Virus record (IMG/VR): IMGVR_UViG_3300046170_000323
Direction: 5' to 3' (one strand)
Length of the DNA: 64,000 bases
Source of the DNA: a virus
Lineage: Duplodnaviria; Caudoviricetes
Shown in pieces: positions 1 through 9,219 of this stretch (positions within the stretch are counted from its first letter, which is position 1; every line of letters begins with the position of its first letter). The notes under the pieces are model-generated. The model was not told where the DNA came from, made no database searches, and saw only the letters and a program-made list of their open reading frames with translations. The translations under genes and the position numbers were made by a program.

Positions 1-4
1 GTAA

Positions 5-1857
5 ATGGCAATAAGTGCAGAAACAGAAGCGATCATTGATCGTTTAAAAGCAGAAGGTCAGTTGACTCGCAATAGCGGTAGTCACTCTATTCGCTCTGTC
101 AAAATACAACTCGAAAAGTTCGAAGGTGTATTCAATTCCATCTCTGGAAATATTGCGGAACAGACACAACTGTTGCGCAAACAGATGGGCATTCAAGAAG
201 AAGCAATCGAAAGACAACAGAGAAGAGACGACCTCAACGAGTTGCAACCACCAGTTCAACCCGAAATCGAAGAGCCTGAAACAGATACAACTATCACTGA
301 TAGTAATGGTAAGAAGTCAAAAGGTCTCATAGAAATGATTTCTGGATTTGGTGGAAGTCTTCTAGGAATGATGAAACCACTTCTTCTTGGTTCTGCAGGT
401 TTGTTTGTTGCATATAACTTTGCAAAAGGATTTATTGACGAGAAGACAGGTGGTGGATTCACTGCCTTTGAAACCTCAATGATCAAGACCTTTAAAGAAG
501 TTGACTGGTCTGCACTTGGAACTTCTTTTGTAACCTTTGCAACCAAAATTCCAGAAGCAGTTACTGCAATCACTGATTTTATCTCAAGTCCATTAGGGAT
601 GATTCTTGCAGGCGCAGGTTTGACTGCCGCCGGTATCATGTCTGGATTTGCAGGCGGTGCACTTGCAAAAGGTGTTACTGCTGGTATTATTCAAGGTGTA
701 TTAGGTGCTGGCGGTGGTGGAGGGCCCTGCTGGACAAGGTGCGCCTGCAGGGTTGTTGAACCTAAGAAAAGTATTAAAGGTTTCTGCACTGGGTGCGTTA
801 ACTGGTGCACTTGTTTTCTATGGAGAAGATATCAGTAATTGGTTACAAACTCAAGGCATGTCAGAAGGATGGGCAGATTTCGCTGTTGATAGTGCGACTG
901 CAATATCTGGAGCACTCACACTTGGTGCAATGTTTGGGGCCGCCAGGGTTGCTTGTTGGTGCAGTAGCAGGTATTGCGTATGTTGCAGGGAAGACCTTAT
1001 ACAATTGGTTTAAGAGAAACCAAGCGGATGCAGAGAAAAAACTCGCAGACCGACTTGCACTTGCAGATATTCTAGAAGGTAATCTTGGATCATTAGAAAA
1101 TTATGATGATGCTGTATTAAGAGCTGCAAGAATGAAAAGACCAAATACAGAAGGCGTAGCTGGATCTGCAAGCGCAGACAAGTTTACCAAAACAACTGAT
1201 GCAGAACAAATGGCAATCGCTGCTAACTTGTACGACGACTTTGATGAAGTGCTTCAACAGGCTGCAGAAGGGGATAAAGCTGCTGTTAATGATGTAATCA
1301 AGATGTTAGATCAAGCGACCATTCAAAGATTCATCGACAGATTTGGCCCCATGATGGCGGCACAAAGAGGTCAACTTACGATGTTGGGTGACAATCTAGG
1401 TGATGTTGAAGATGATGAGGCGTACAATAAATTCTTTAGTCAACTTGAAGAGTTGAATAAGTTTGTTGAACTGTCTGGTAACGATACGGCGATCCTAACC
1501 ATGCGCAACGAATTGCGTAATGGTATACTGAGATCGTTCCAAGGCATTACGTCTACTTCTGAAGACTTCGAATTCCTAACAGATGATCAAAAGAGAATAC
1601 TCAAAGCGCTGGAAGAAATAATGAACGGCGGGCCTGCGGCACAAAAACTGAGTTCACTGGCAGGAAGTGCTGCTACACAACAGATGTTAGCAGATGCCGC
1701 CATGGGGAATAGTGGTACAAACGTGGTGATTGGAAAAGTTGGTGGGGATACGATCCAAAATACTCAGATCACTAAAGGTGGTGCAGTAAATATTGCAGAC
1801 GTTAAATCCTACAACCAGACTGGCAATCCAATGAGTCCTATGAAACTAAGTGGTTAA
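5..1857 (+). CDS. Large Ala/Gly-rich protein with hydrophobic segments, probable baseplate hub/tape-measure (gp29-like); split by two +1 frameshifts (~727, ~940)
   Basis: ORFs 5..838, 705..1013 and 805..1857 join into one reading (GGGGG-PAGQGAP...GAMFG-PPGLLVG) if one base is removed at gggccc and one at ggggcc. Product call is by composition only. Confidence 0.45.
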
Positions 1858-2039
1858 CCACCCACATAGGTTTTATTCTTTGGACGATACCAATTTTTTT
1901 GATGGTACATCTTGGCCAAAAGTTCGTTGATAACTTGTTTTTCTTTTGGGTCTGCTGCAAACATGCGAAAACGCAGAGCAGTTTCAATCTGCTCTACGTC
2001 ACGAACGTTTAGTTTAAATTTTTCATTGGGTTTATTCAT
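1854..2039 (-). CDS. Hypothetical protein (61 aa)
   Basis: ORF packed in the minus-strand operon. Confidence 0.6.
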   Translation of the reverse strand: MNKPNEKFKLNVRDVEQIETALRFRMFAADPKEKQVINELLAKMYHQKNWYRPKNKTYVGG

Positions 2040-2044
2040 GAAAA

Positions 2045-2227
2045 TTATTTATATAGTTTTTTGATTTCCATCATACACGCTTTCGATTCCTCGTGCATAC
2101 CCATCCTTGCGAGTTCCGAAGCCGCTCTGCTGTAACCCATCATCTGGGTATACCGATCTAAGGAAGACCACAATCCCGACAACGGTGAGAAAACATAGTT
2201 TGCTACTAATGTTGTCATTAGACCCAC
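2045..2227 (-). CDS. Small hypothetical protein (60 aa)
   Basis: ORF overlapping the stop of the upstream gene. Confidence 0.6.
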   Translation of the reverse strand: MGLMTTLVANYVFSPLSGLWSSLDRYTQMMGYSRAASELARMGMHEESKACMMEIKKLYK

Positions 2228-2469
2228 CCTCTTAGATTTGTATTAACGCAGTGTTCGATTGTATCTTTTTTACGTGCGATAGAATAAATGTCGCCTCTTG
2301 AGATACCGATATCCATAAGATCTGCATCTGATAGTCTGCCGAGTGCTTTTTCAGTTTCTCGAATTGCTTTACGTTCAATTCTCCAATTTCTAAAGTCTCT
2401 GAAGGCGTTGATGATTAGTTCGATTGATCTGGTTGTATAACCATGTGCTGCTAGTATAGCTTGTGTCAT
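2218..2469 (-). CDS. DUF1127 (YjiS-like) small protein
   Basis: Signature R..L..LSDADLMDIGISRGDI; SD GGAG before ATG at 2469. Confidence 0.8.
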   Translation of the reverse strand: MTQAILAAHGYTTRSIELIINAFRDFRNWRIERKAIRETEKALGRLSDADLMDIGISRGDIYSIARKKDTIEHCVNTNLRGWV

Positions 2470-2632
2470 TTTGTTCTCCAAATGTATGATAAATGTGTGT
2501 GTTAATCCGAGCGTAGGCGATCTACATTTTACTCCTTTTCCACACATTTATTTAGTACAGAAATAGGTAAATAACCCTTACCAATTTGGAATAGGCGTTA
2601 TGCAAATTTGGAAAGTGTGACAACTTGTTCGC

Positions 2633-2660
2633 AAAAAAAAGGTCTCCGAAGAGACCTTTG
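2633..2660 (-). terminator. Intrinsic terminator
   Basis: GGTCTC-cgaa-GAGACC hairpin with an 8-T run on the minus strand. Confidence 0.75.
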
Positions 2661-2662
2661 AA

Positions 2663-2899
2663 TTATTCTTTTGTATCATCTCGTTTACTAACGAAACTGT
2701 ACATCTCTTTTGCCTTCTCCATGAGGTCTTGTACAGAATACATTTCAGTTACTTTCTGAAACTCTTCCATCTGCATCTTGCCTTGATCCATCATTTTCTC
2801 AGCGAACTGTACGTTCATATGATACTGTTGATCCATGTAGTCTTTTGCAAGTTGCAACATCTCAGAACGGATTTCGAATGGATTTTTATTAGACATCAC
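2663..2899 (-). CDS. Hypothetical protein (NKNPFEIRSEMLQLAKDY type)
   Basis: 78-aa ORF in operon context. Confidence 0.65.
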   Translation of the reverse strand: MMSNKNPFEIRSEMLQLAKDYMDQQYHMNVQFAEKMMDQGKMQMEEFQKVTEMYSVQDLMEKAKEMYSFVSKRDDTKE

Positions 2900-3102
2900 T
2901 TCACCACCTTAGCGAGCATCTCGCCTGTTGCATTAGAAAATTCATTGATTTGTTTAAAGGACGCTTTTGTAAATGCGGTTTGAGTGTCGATAAAATCATT
3001 CAAGGGTTTACTGAGTGTTTCATCTTTCACCCAAGTTGATACCCAACCTCGTTTTGCATTCTGGATTGCGTCAATCCACATATTAGACATGTATTCGTTC
3101 AT
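2896..3102 (-). CDS. Hypothetical protein (68 aa)
   Basis: SD AGGAG, ATGA overlap with the next gene. Confidence 0.65.
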   Translation of the reverse strand: MNEYMSNMWIDAIQNAKRGWVSTWVKDETLSKPLNDFIDTQTAFTKASFKQINEFSNATGEMLAKVVK

Positions 3103-3125
3103 TTTATTCTCCTGTTTGTGTGTGT

Positions 3126-3150
3126 AAAAATGGGGGGAATAAATCCCCCC
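3126..3150 (-). terminator. Intrinsic terminator after hsp20
   Basis: GGGGGGA/TCCCCCC stem followed by a T-run on the minus strand. Confidence 0.65.
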
Positions 3151-3161
3151 TGAGTCATTAT

Positions 3162-3611
3162 TTATTCTGTGAGAAGTTCTTCCTTCCCAGCAACTGAACC
3201 AATAGAGATCTTTCGAGGTTTCTTTTCCTCTGGGATCACATTTTCAAGTTCTACGTAAAGGATACCGTTTTGGTATTCAGCACCACGTACTACAATTGTA
3301 TCCGACAAAGTAAACTTTCTACGGAACTGTCGTGCACTGATTCCTCTGTGTAGATATTGCGCTTCCGACTTTTCGTCTTTCTTACCCTCTACAGTAAGTA
3401 CACCGTCCTTGACTTCAACATCAAGTTCATCTTGGTTGAATCCGGCAAGTGCCAGTTCAATGACGTAATTATCGTCATCTACTTTGCGTATATTGTAGGG
3501 TGGGTAGTTTGGTTGACTTGATCCTGTTTGATGCATACGATCTAGTACACGGTCAAACCCAATAAAAAATGGATCATTAAGTAAGTCGGCAGTCATTCTG
3601 CGAGTATTCAT
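3162..3611 (-). CDS. Small heat-shock protein (Hsp20/IbpA family)
   Basis: NYPPYNIRK, LALAGF, YLHRGISARQFRRKF, NGIL motifs. Confidence 0.95.
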   Translation of the reverse strand: MNTRRMTADLLNDPFFIGFDRVLDRMHQTGSSQPNYPPYNIRKVDDDNYVIELALAGFNQDELDVEVKDGVLTVEGKKDEKSEAQYLHRGISARQFRRKFTLSDTIVVRGAEYQNGILYVELENVIPEEKKPRKISIGSVAGKEELLTE

Positions 3612-3668
3612 TTGCTATCTCCTTTATTAAGCAAGATTGATGTTATGTACCCGATAACGGCGTACAAT
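3612..3668 (-). promoter_or_regulatory. ROSE-like RNA thermometer in the hsp20 leader
   Basis: AUCUUGCU-uaauaa-AGGAGAU: UUGCU with a bulged G pairs across the SD; a 5' hairpin UGUAC/GUACA precedes it. Confidence 0.65.
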
Positions 3669-3670
3669 GT

Positions 3671-3701
3671 TATTTATATCACAAATTGAAGGTCATGTCA
3701 A
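3671..3701 (-). promoter_or_regulatory. Overlapping sigma70-like promoter and T4 late promoter for hsp20
   Basis: TTGACA(3701-3696)-17bp-TATAAA, with TATAAATA at 3678-3671. Confidence 0.7.
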
Positions 3702-3709
3702 CCAAAAAA

Positions 3710-4111
3710 TTACTTTCTTCCTATATTATATTTTACTGTAAGATCCCATTGATCTTTTTCTTTATAAGAAATGATCTTAATGTGATTTAATGGGGCAACT
3801 GGATCCTTGGTTTTTTCTTTATCAACGATCTTGAGTAGTTCCCACTCTTCTAGTAAATTTACAATAGTGTTTCGGCGTGCTTTGTCCTCGTCTGTGAAAG
3901 TATTCTGTTTACCATCTAGTATAAACAGTTCCTTAAAATGAAGGATTGCATATCTGCCTTTTTTGTGTAGGATGTGGCAAGACTGATACAGTCTTTTTTC
4001 TTTTCGTGAAGAAATACCAATTCTTGTGAGCGTCTCTTTAATTTTTAAAAAACTATCATCAGAGGGTAATTCAATCTCGACACCAACTCCCTTAAAAATA
4101 TCTTCGTTCAT
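3710..4111 (-). CDS. regA: RegA translational repressor
   Basis: FLKIKETLTRIGI, LYQSCHILHKKGRY..HFKELF. Confidence 0.95.
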   Translation of the reverse strand: MNEDIFKGVGVEIELPSDDSFLKIKETLTRIGISSRKEKRLYQSCHILHKKGRYAILHFKELFILDGKQNTFTDEDKARRNTIVNLLEEWELLKIVDKEKTKDPVAPLNHIKIISYKEKDQWDLTVKYNIGRK

Positions 4112-4197
4112 AATACATGTTCACCTTTTTTATAATTTATTGTTATGGGTGGTGTTGATCAACATAACCAACGAAAGTATTTATCAAAACGTGTTTT

Positions 4198-4608
4198 TTA
4201 ACCACCAACAAATAACTTATCGTAAACATGTTCCATCTGGTCTTTACTTAGAACCTTGTAATATTGTTTTGCAACTGTTCTGTTACATTCATAAACCTTC
4301 TGGATGGCATCTAGATCTTCATTAGGTTCTGCCTTGTGCCACTTGGAGAACCGTTTGCGTTTGCGTAGTGATGCACGATAATAATCGAACTGTGCGCCTG
4401 CCATGTTGTCTAACATAGGCCAACGGATGTTCATCTCATTCGCATGAAGAATGGTATCTTCAAAGTAAGAGAACCCACGATTGACAACATAGGAATACGA
4501 TGAGTATTCTTTCTCTGCAAGATCTGGGTTCTCTGCCTCACGAATGATATCCTTCTTAGAGTCTGATGCAGCATTCATGAAGTCAAAGGGCGAGAACTCT
4601 TTACTCAT
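4198..4608 (-). CDS. gp62: Clamp loader small subunit (gp62)
   Basis: SPFDF, Y..Y.VNRGFSY..DT..HANEMN, RKRKRFSKW; position between gp44 and regA. Confidence 0.9.
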   Translation of the reverse strand: MSKEFSPFDFMNAASDSKKDIIREAENPDLAEKEYSSYSYVVNRGFSYFEDTILHANEMNIRWPMLDNMAGAQFDYYRASLRKRKRFSKWHKAEPNEDLDAIQKVYECNRTVAKQYYKVLSKDQMEHVYDKLFVGG

Positions 4609-4825
4609 GAAGCATGTGCTCCTCATCATCTACCATTGCATCATACTGCATCTTCTCACGTTCATACGATCCAACGAATGTCAGTTCCTCGTCATAAGAA
4701 ACTACATATCCAACTGCACGTAAGAAGTCAGTGAATGAAGTAAGAACCTCATCAAGGTCTGCATCTTCATTTAATTTCATTTCAATTGATGAACCATCAA
4801 TATTATGGGTGTGACTAAATTTCAT
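4601..4825 (-). CDS. Hypothetical protein
   Basis: ORF with SD GGAGG; LDEVLTSFTDFLRAVGY. Confidence 0.65.
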   Translation of the reverse strand: MKFSHTHNIDGSSIEMKLNEDADLDEVLTSFTDFLRAVGYVVSYDEELTFVGSYEREKMQYDAMVDDEEHMLHE

Positions 4826-4982
4826 TTTTCGCCTCCTCAATACCCTGTAAGATTAGATCAAACTCTTTTGCGCATGAAGGACAGACATCATAAGTTGCCT
4901 GTCCTTCTGCCATTTCTACAGTCATCTTGAATGACTCTTCTTTATCGAATTGTTTTACGCAGTAGAAACATTCTGTCGACAT
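4815..4982 (-). CDS. Small Zn-ribbon-like protein (55 aa, below the ORF-track cutoff)
   Basis: MSTECFYCVKQ...DVCPSCAKE: two CxxC pairs; start overlaps the gp44 stop. Confidence 0.6.
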   Translation of the reverse strand: MSTECFYCVKQFDKEESFKMTVEMAEGQATYDVCPSCAKEFDLILQGIEEAKNEI

Positions 4983-5941
4983 TACTTGTATTCACTTTCA
5001 ATCATAATTTCTGTCAAGTACGCCACCATGTTGATCTCACTATCAGAGGCGAAGTTTGCCTTGTACATGTAATCTGCAGTGGTGACTACAAATCCTGGCA
5101 TACTACGGAACTCTACACGTTCATCTGCAGCATCATAGATTGCACGAAACATCTCGTTCATATCCTGATCAGAATTACGTGCAACCCACTTGCGCATCTC
5201 AGTGAAGTTCTTAGACTTCAGATAAGAGAACAGTTCATCAACACTTTCTGCTTTCAGATTGACAAAGATACCTTCGTCGATTGAACCTGATGCAGCATAG
5301 GATTGAAGTTCGGTAAGTACACGACGAAAGTCTGGGAAGTATTTCTGTACAACCTTTGCAATGACTTTCTTGTCGTATGACACACCCTCTTGATCAAGGA
5401 TTGCAAGAACACGTTTGTAGAACGCCCCTGCGAGTGCAGGTTTCTCTTCATTGTCAATAGAGAAGTCTATCTCAGAGAGACGTGACCTCAAAGGACTAAT
5501 GATACGGTTCTTGAAGTTACAAGTAAAGATGAACCCACAATTCGAAGAGTACTCCTCAATGAAGTTACGAAGTGCAGGTTGAACATTAGTGGATGGTAGG
5601 TAGTCTGCCTCGTCAAATATAACATATTTACGTCCACCTGTCAAGCTGACTGCAGAAGCAAATGTTGAGATATCGTAACGAACGGCATCGATGTTAACGT
5701 TGAGTGATCCATTCTTTACGATGTAATCACAACCCATCTCTTCAAGCATTGCCTTTGCGACTGTAGTCTTACCTACGCCAGGCCCACCTGTCAAGAGAAG
5801 GTTTGGTACGTTCTCATCCTTGATAAATTTTTGAAAGATTTCTTTTGTTTGTTGAGGAAGAATTGTATCTTCAATCAACTGAGGACGGTATCGTTCCACC
5901 CATAATACTTCGTTTACTTTAGTAGTAAGACCTTCTTGCAT
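4982..5941 (-). CDS. gp44: Clamp loader large subunit (gp44)
   Basis: WVERYRP, Walker A GPGVGKT, DEAD, NFKNRIISPLRSR. Confidence 0.97.
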   Translation of the reverse strand: MQEGLTTKVNEVLWVERYRPQLIEDTILPQQTKEIFQKFIKDENVPNLLLTGGPGVGKTTVAKAMLEEMGCDYIVKNGSLNVNIDAVRYDISTFASAVSLTGGRKYVIFDEADYLPSTNVQPALRNFIEEYSSNCGFIFTCNFKNRIISPLRSRLSEIDFSIDNEEKPALAGAFYKRVLAILDQEGVSYDKKVIAKVVQKYFPDFRRVLTELQSYAASGSIDEGIFVNLKAESVDELFSYLKSKNFTEMRKWVARNSDQDMNEMFRAIYDAADERVEFRSMPGFVVTTADYMYKANFASDSEINMVAYLTEIMIESEYK

Positions 5942-6052
5942 ATTGCGCCACCATGTTCATATTATAAAAAAGACTTTGAGGGGCGGTCTAGAAACCCGCC
6001 CCCTCTGGGTATGTGAAACATCGTTGAGTGGTTCTACCCTTCTTGGTATGGT

Positions 6053-6322
6053 TTACTGGACTTTATCAGCCAGTGGAGCATCTGGTGGGACATCGCCTTC
6101 GACGACATCTGCCTCTGCTGTTGGGTCTGGCACAGGTGTACGTTGGTTCACGTATGCCACAATTTTATTGCGGAGAGCGCCAACTCCCGCCAGTTCCTGA
6201 CCCTCGAAACCGCCTCGTCGAGAGACCGCATCAATAATTTGAACTACAGTGGAAATGTCCTGTAGTGTAAGATCGACAGGCTGTTGTTGGCCCATCATTG
6301 CTGCTTGCTGTTGTTCGTTCAT
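6053..6322 (-). CDS. Hypothetical protein
   Basis: 89-aa ORF in operon context. Confidence 0.6.
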   Translation of the reverse strand: MNEQQQAAMMGQQQPVDLTLQDISTVVQIIDAVSRRGGFEGQELAGVGALRNKIVAYVNQRTPVPDPTAEADVVEGDVPPDAPLADKVQ

Positions 6323-6330
6323 GGTATTTT

Positions 6331-6994
6331 TTACCCCTTTTTATAAGTCGACTTAGAATCAATTGCCACAAAATAAGTGACATCGTCACCTTCAAACTTA
6401 GAGATACCTTTTGAAGCAAAGCGTAACTCTATAGTCTTGCGGCAGTAACTTAAGATTATCGGTCTTGATGATAATCTTAAACTCATCGGCAGTATCACCA
6501 ATTTCGACACCGTAGTCATCGGCCCCTTCATTAGTACTATCGATTGCTTTGAGATAACATGTGCCGTTTGAACCGACAAATGCGATCTCACTGAACTGAA
6601 GAACTCCTGCAGCCTTCAATACAGATTGCATGTCATCCCATGAGACATCGACTTCTACATCCTTAGAAGGGATTTTGACATCCTTCTCAGGTGCTGCGTG
6701 AATCATAGAAACGTCTGCGAATAGGTATTTAGTTCTGCGTTTGCCTTCAGAAATAATAAAGTATTTATCATGAAACTCCACATCGGCATCTGCATAAAGC
6801 GATAAAATCGACAAAAAACGTGATAAATCGTAGATACAGGCGTCAGATGGAATCTCATCTGGAATGGTTGCGCTAGCAATCAACGTCCGTTCGGGAGTGA
6901 TTGTCTTGAGGACATTCCCTTCCTTCATCTGGATAGACTTGTTGATTGTAGCAAAACTCTTAAGAATCGTAAGAGTGCGTTCACTGAATTTCAT
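6331..6994 (-). CDS. gp45: Sliding clamp (gp45); one +1 frameshift near 6420
   Basis: MKFSERTLTILKSFATIN, IYDLSRFL, NLKLLPQDY; C-terminus ASKGISKF...YFVAI lies in the adjacent frame. Confidence 0.92.
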
Positions 6995-7024
6995 TATATA
7001 CATATCTCCTTGTGAGTATTCAAA

Positions 7025-7894
7025 CTATACTATACCCCAAAACTCATCCTTTGTCAAGTCTTTTCGGCGAATTCTTTGATTATATTTTATCGCCTCCTCA
7101 ATTAATGAGAAACTTGATTCGAATTGTTTTGCAGTATGTAATAGGGCTTGTGTGTCTTTGGGGAGACAGTGTCCACCCCAACCACGTTCATCTGTGACAA
7201 AACTATGATCATCTCCAATACGTTCATCTAAACATAGGTGATACCTGACCTCATTGAAGTCAATGTTTGCTTTATTGCAGAAATCATATAGTTGGTTGAA
7301 GTAACCTACCTTCAGTGCAAGGAATGCATTCTCTGCATACTTGACGGCAATAGCTTCTTCATTCGTGCAGTGGTGGATGCGAATCCGTTTAAAACGTTTT
7401 ATAAACAAATTTGACCAGAATGAATCTGATGTATCATTACCAAGAATCATATACTTCTGGTTTTCGAAATCATACAATGCAGTTTCCGCACGAAGGAACT
7501 CTGGACTGAATGAAATCTGTTTGTCTGGAAAAGCGGTTTTAATTTGTTCCCAACCCTCAAGACTAATAGTAGACTTAATAAGGATAGGAACGTCTGGTGA
7601 GTCATCAATAACACTTACCACGTTGGTAATGTCACAAGAACCATCAGACGATTTTGGAGTGGATACACAGACGATGACACCGTCTGAATCCTGTTTAATA
7701 GGGAAGTTCCATTCACGATACTGTGGATCCACAATATCATACTTCACTGACTTCACCTGAGAAAAAGCATTAACAACTGCCTTACCCACGTAACCATACC
7801 CTGCTACTGTTATGTTTGTAGTCTTTTTCTTTTGGGATGGGGTTCGGTTTACCGCTTCAAAAGAAGGGTAACCTTTTTCAAATACTGGTTCCAT
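7025..7894 (-). CDS. UDP-glucose/GDP-mannose dehydrogenase family protein
   Basis: GYGYVG Rossmann motif, KST, FSPEFL, KYAENAFLA, GWGGHCLPKD. Confidence 0.9.
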   Translation of the reverse strand: MEPVFEKGYPSFEAVNRTPSQKKKTTNITVAGYGYVGKAVVNAFSQVKSVKYDIVDPQYREWNFPIKQDSDGVIVCVSTPKSSDGSCDITNVVSVIDDSPDVPILIKSTISLEGWEQIKTAFPDKQISFSPEFLRAETALYDFENQKYMILGNDTSDSFWSNLFIKRFKRIRIHHCTNEEAIAVKYAENAFLALKVGYFNQLYDFCNKANIDFNEVRYHLCLDERIGDDHSFVTDERGWGGHCLPKDTQALLHTAKQFESSFSLIEEAIKYNQRIRRKDLTKDEFWGIV

Positions 7895-7896
7895 GT

Positions 7897-8304
7897 TTAC
7901 CTCTCACATACTCTTTTACGTAAATCGGACGAAGAGAATCTATGGTCACGTTTGTTGTAGTACAATTCGATCCCACGTTTCTTACAAGTTTCATAACCAG
8001 TAAAGTTCTTCTCTTTGTATTCTACGCCTAGGATTCTTACGTCGATTTGATACATGGACAGTATATCATCTAAGTCCGCCTCTGTCAAGTACGGAATGAT
8101 CTCATCTACGTAACTAATTGCTTTTAGTTGCGTGTATCTCTCAACAACGGTTTGGATGGGAGAGTTCTTGGACGGACGATCAATCATAGGATCAATCTGA
8201 AGTCCACATATCAAATAGTCGCATTGATCCTTTGCTTCACGTAACATCTGAACGTGTCCAGCGTGAAGCAAATCAAATGCAGATGCAGTAAAACCCACTT
8301 TCAT
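7897..8304 (-). CDS. tagD: Glycerol-3-phosphate cytidylyltransferase-like
   Basis: FDLLHAGH, YVDEIIPY, RDHRFSSS. Confidence 0.85.
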   Translation of the reverse strand: MKVGFTASAFDLLHAGHVQMLREAKDQCDYLICGLQIDPMIDRPSKNSPIQTVVERYTQLKAISYVDEIIPYLTEADLDDILSMYQIDVRILGVEYKEKNFTGYETCKKRGIELYYNKRDHRFSSSDLRKRVCER

Positions 8305-8495
8305 TTTACTTGCCTTTTCAGTAATTCATAGACTACGTATAACTCGTCTATACATTTATCCAATATCATGTGAGCAGTTTCATCATCGTTTTTCTCACGT
8401 TCATCACGTAACATTTTTATGCGTACCTGTAAGTACTTCAAAGGGTTCGCAGGGGAAAGAACTTCCCCCATTGGATGAATCGATCTACGTCTCAC
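8301..8495 (-). CDS. Hypothetical protein
   Basis: 64-aa ORF overlapping both neighbours. Confidence 0.55.
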   Translation of the reverse strand: MRRRSIHPMGEVLSPANPLKYLQVRIKMLRDEREKNDDETAHMILDKCIDELYVVYELLKRQVK

Positions 8496-8959
8496 TTCAC
8501 AAAACGAACCTTGTACTTCTTACCCTTTTCAGAAAAGGTAATTACAGAATGAGAATAAACTTCTTTGGTTGTGTTCTCATATGTGGTTTCATTACGACAA
8601 CGAGTTTCTTGTTTGTAACCAACGATCTGATCTTTTCCTCGTTTGTTATCTGCAGCGATCATGCCACCAAGAACCGCACCTGCAGCTGCACCTTGATCAT
8701 TACCAGATACACCTTTACCAAGGATACCACCGATAATCAAACCACCAAGGACATCGCCTGCGGAGGCGCCCCCGCCCGTACGCCCGTAGATAGGAACATC
8801 TACATCCATACATCTTCGTACGGTAGTGGGGATACTTTCTGTAACTGTGCGATAGTGGTCAACCACTGATCCTTTAACTTTGACTGCATACATCGAATCG
8901 TTTGCAAATGCAGTTGTTGCACATAATGTTAGGGCGGTTGCTAGACAGAAATGTTTCAT
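8492..8959 (-). CDS. Exported glycine-zipper (2TM) protein
   Basis: Signal peptide ending AFA; GGLIIGGILGKGVSG...GAAAGAVLGGMIA. Confidence 0.75.
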   Translation of the reverse strand: MKHFCLATALTLCATTAFANDSMYAVKVKGSVVDHYRTVTESIPTTVRRCMDVDVPIYGRTGGGASAGDVLGGLIIGGILGKGVSGNDQGAAAGAVLGGMIAADNKRGKDQIVGYKQETRCRNETTYENTTKEVYSHSVITFSEKGKKYKVRFVK

Positions 8960-9213
8960 TTCTTTTCTCCATTGTCTTTTTCATTTAACAGTTTGGTGTT
9001 ATCGTTTTGGATCATCCCTTCTTTGATGTCGTAAACCATATCACCCTTAATCATACCTATGATCGTATTCGTTAAATCCACCTCTCGCCTCAGAAACCCG
9101 ATTTTAGTTTCGAGTTTCTCGATTTGTTTGAGGTAGAATTCTAATTCTTGTTCTTTACGTAATTTCTGTTCGATGAAATCACTAATAAGGATTATACGCT
9201 GTTCTTCACTCAT
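8956..9213 (-). CDS. Hypothetical coiled-coil protein
   Basis: ORF in operon context. Confidence 0.55.
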   Translation of the reverse strand: MSEEQRIILISDFIEQKLRKEQELEFYLKQIEKLETKIGFLRREVDLTNTIIGMIKGDMVYDIKEGMIQNDNTKLLNEKDNGEKK

Positions 9214-9219
9214 TGGCAA

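Noticed and set aside
705-730. GGCC-context errors as evidence of a methylated motif
   Set aside because: Only two of the many indels are at GGCC; the others lie in A, G, C or T runs without a shared motif
2575-2620. AATTTGGAA direct repeat as a LysR-type operator for DUF1127
   Set aside because: Only two 9-mers in an AT-rich tract; too weak to support
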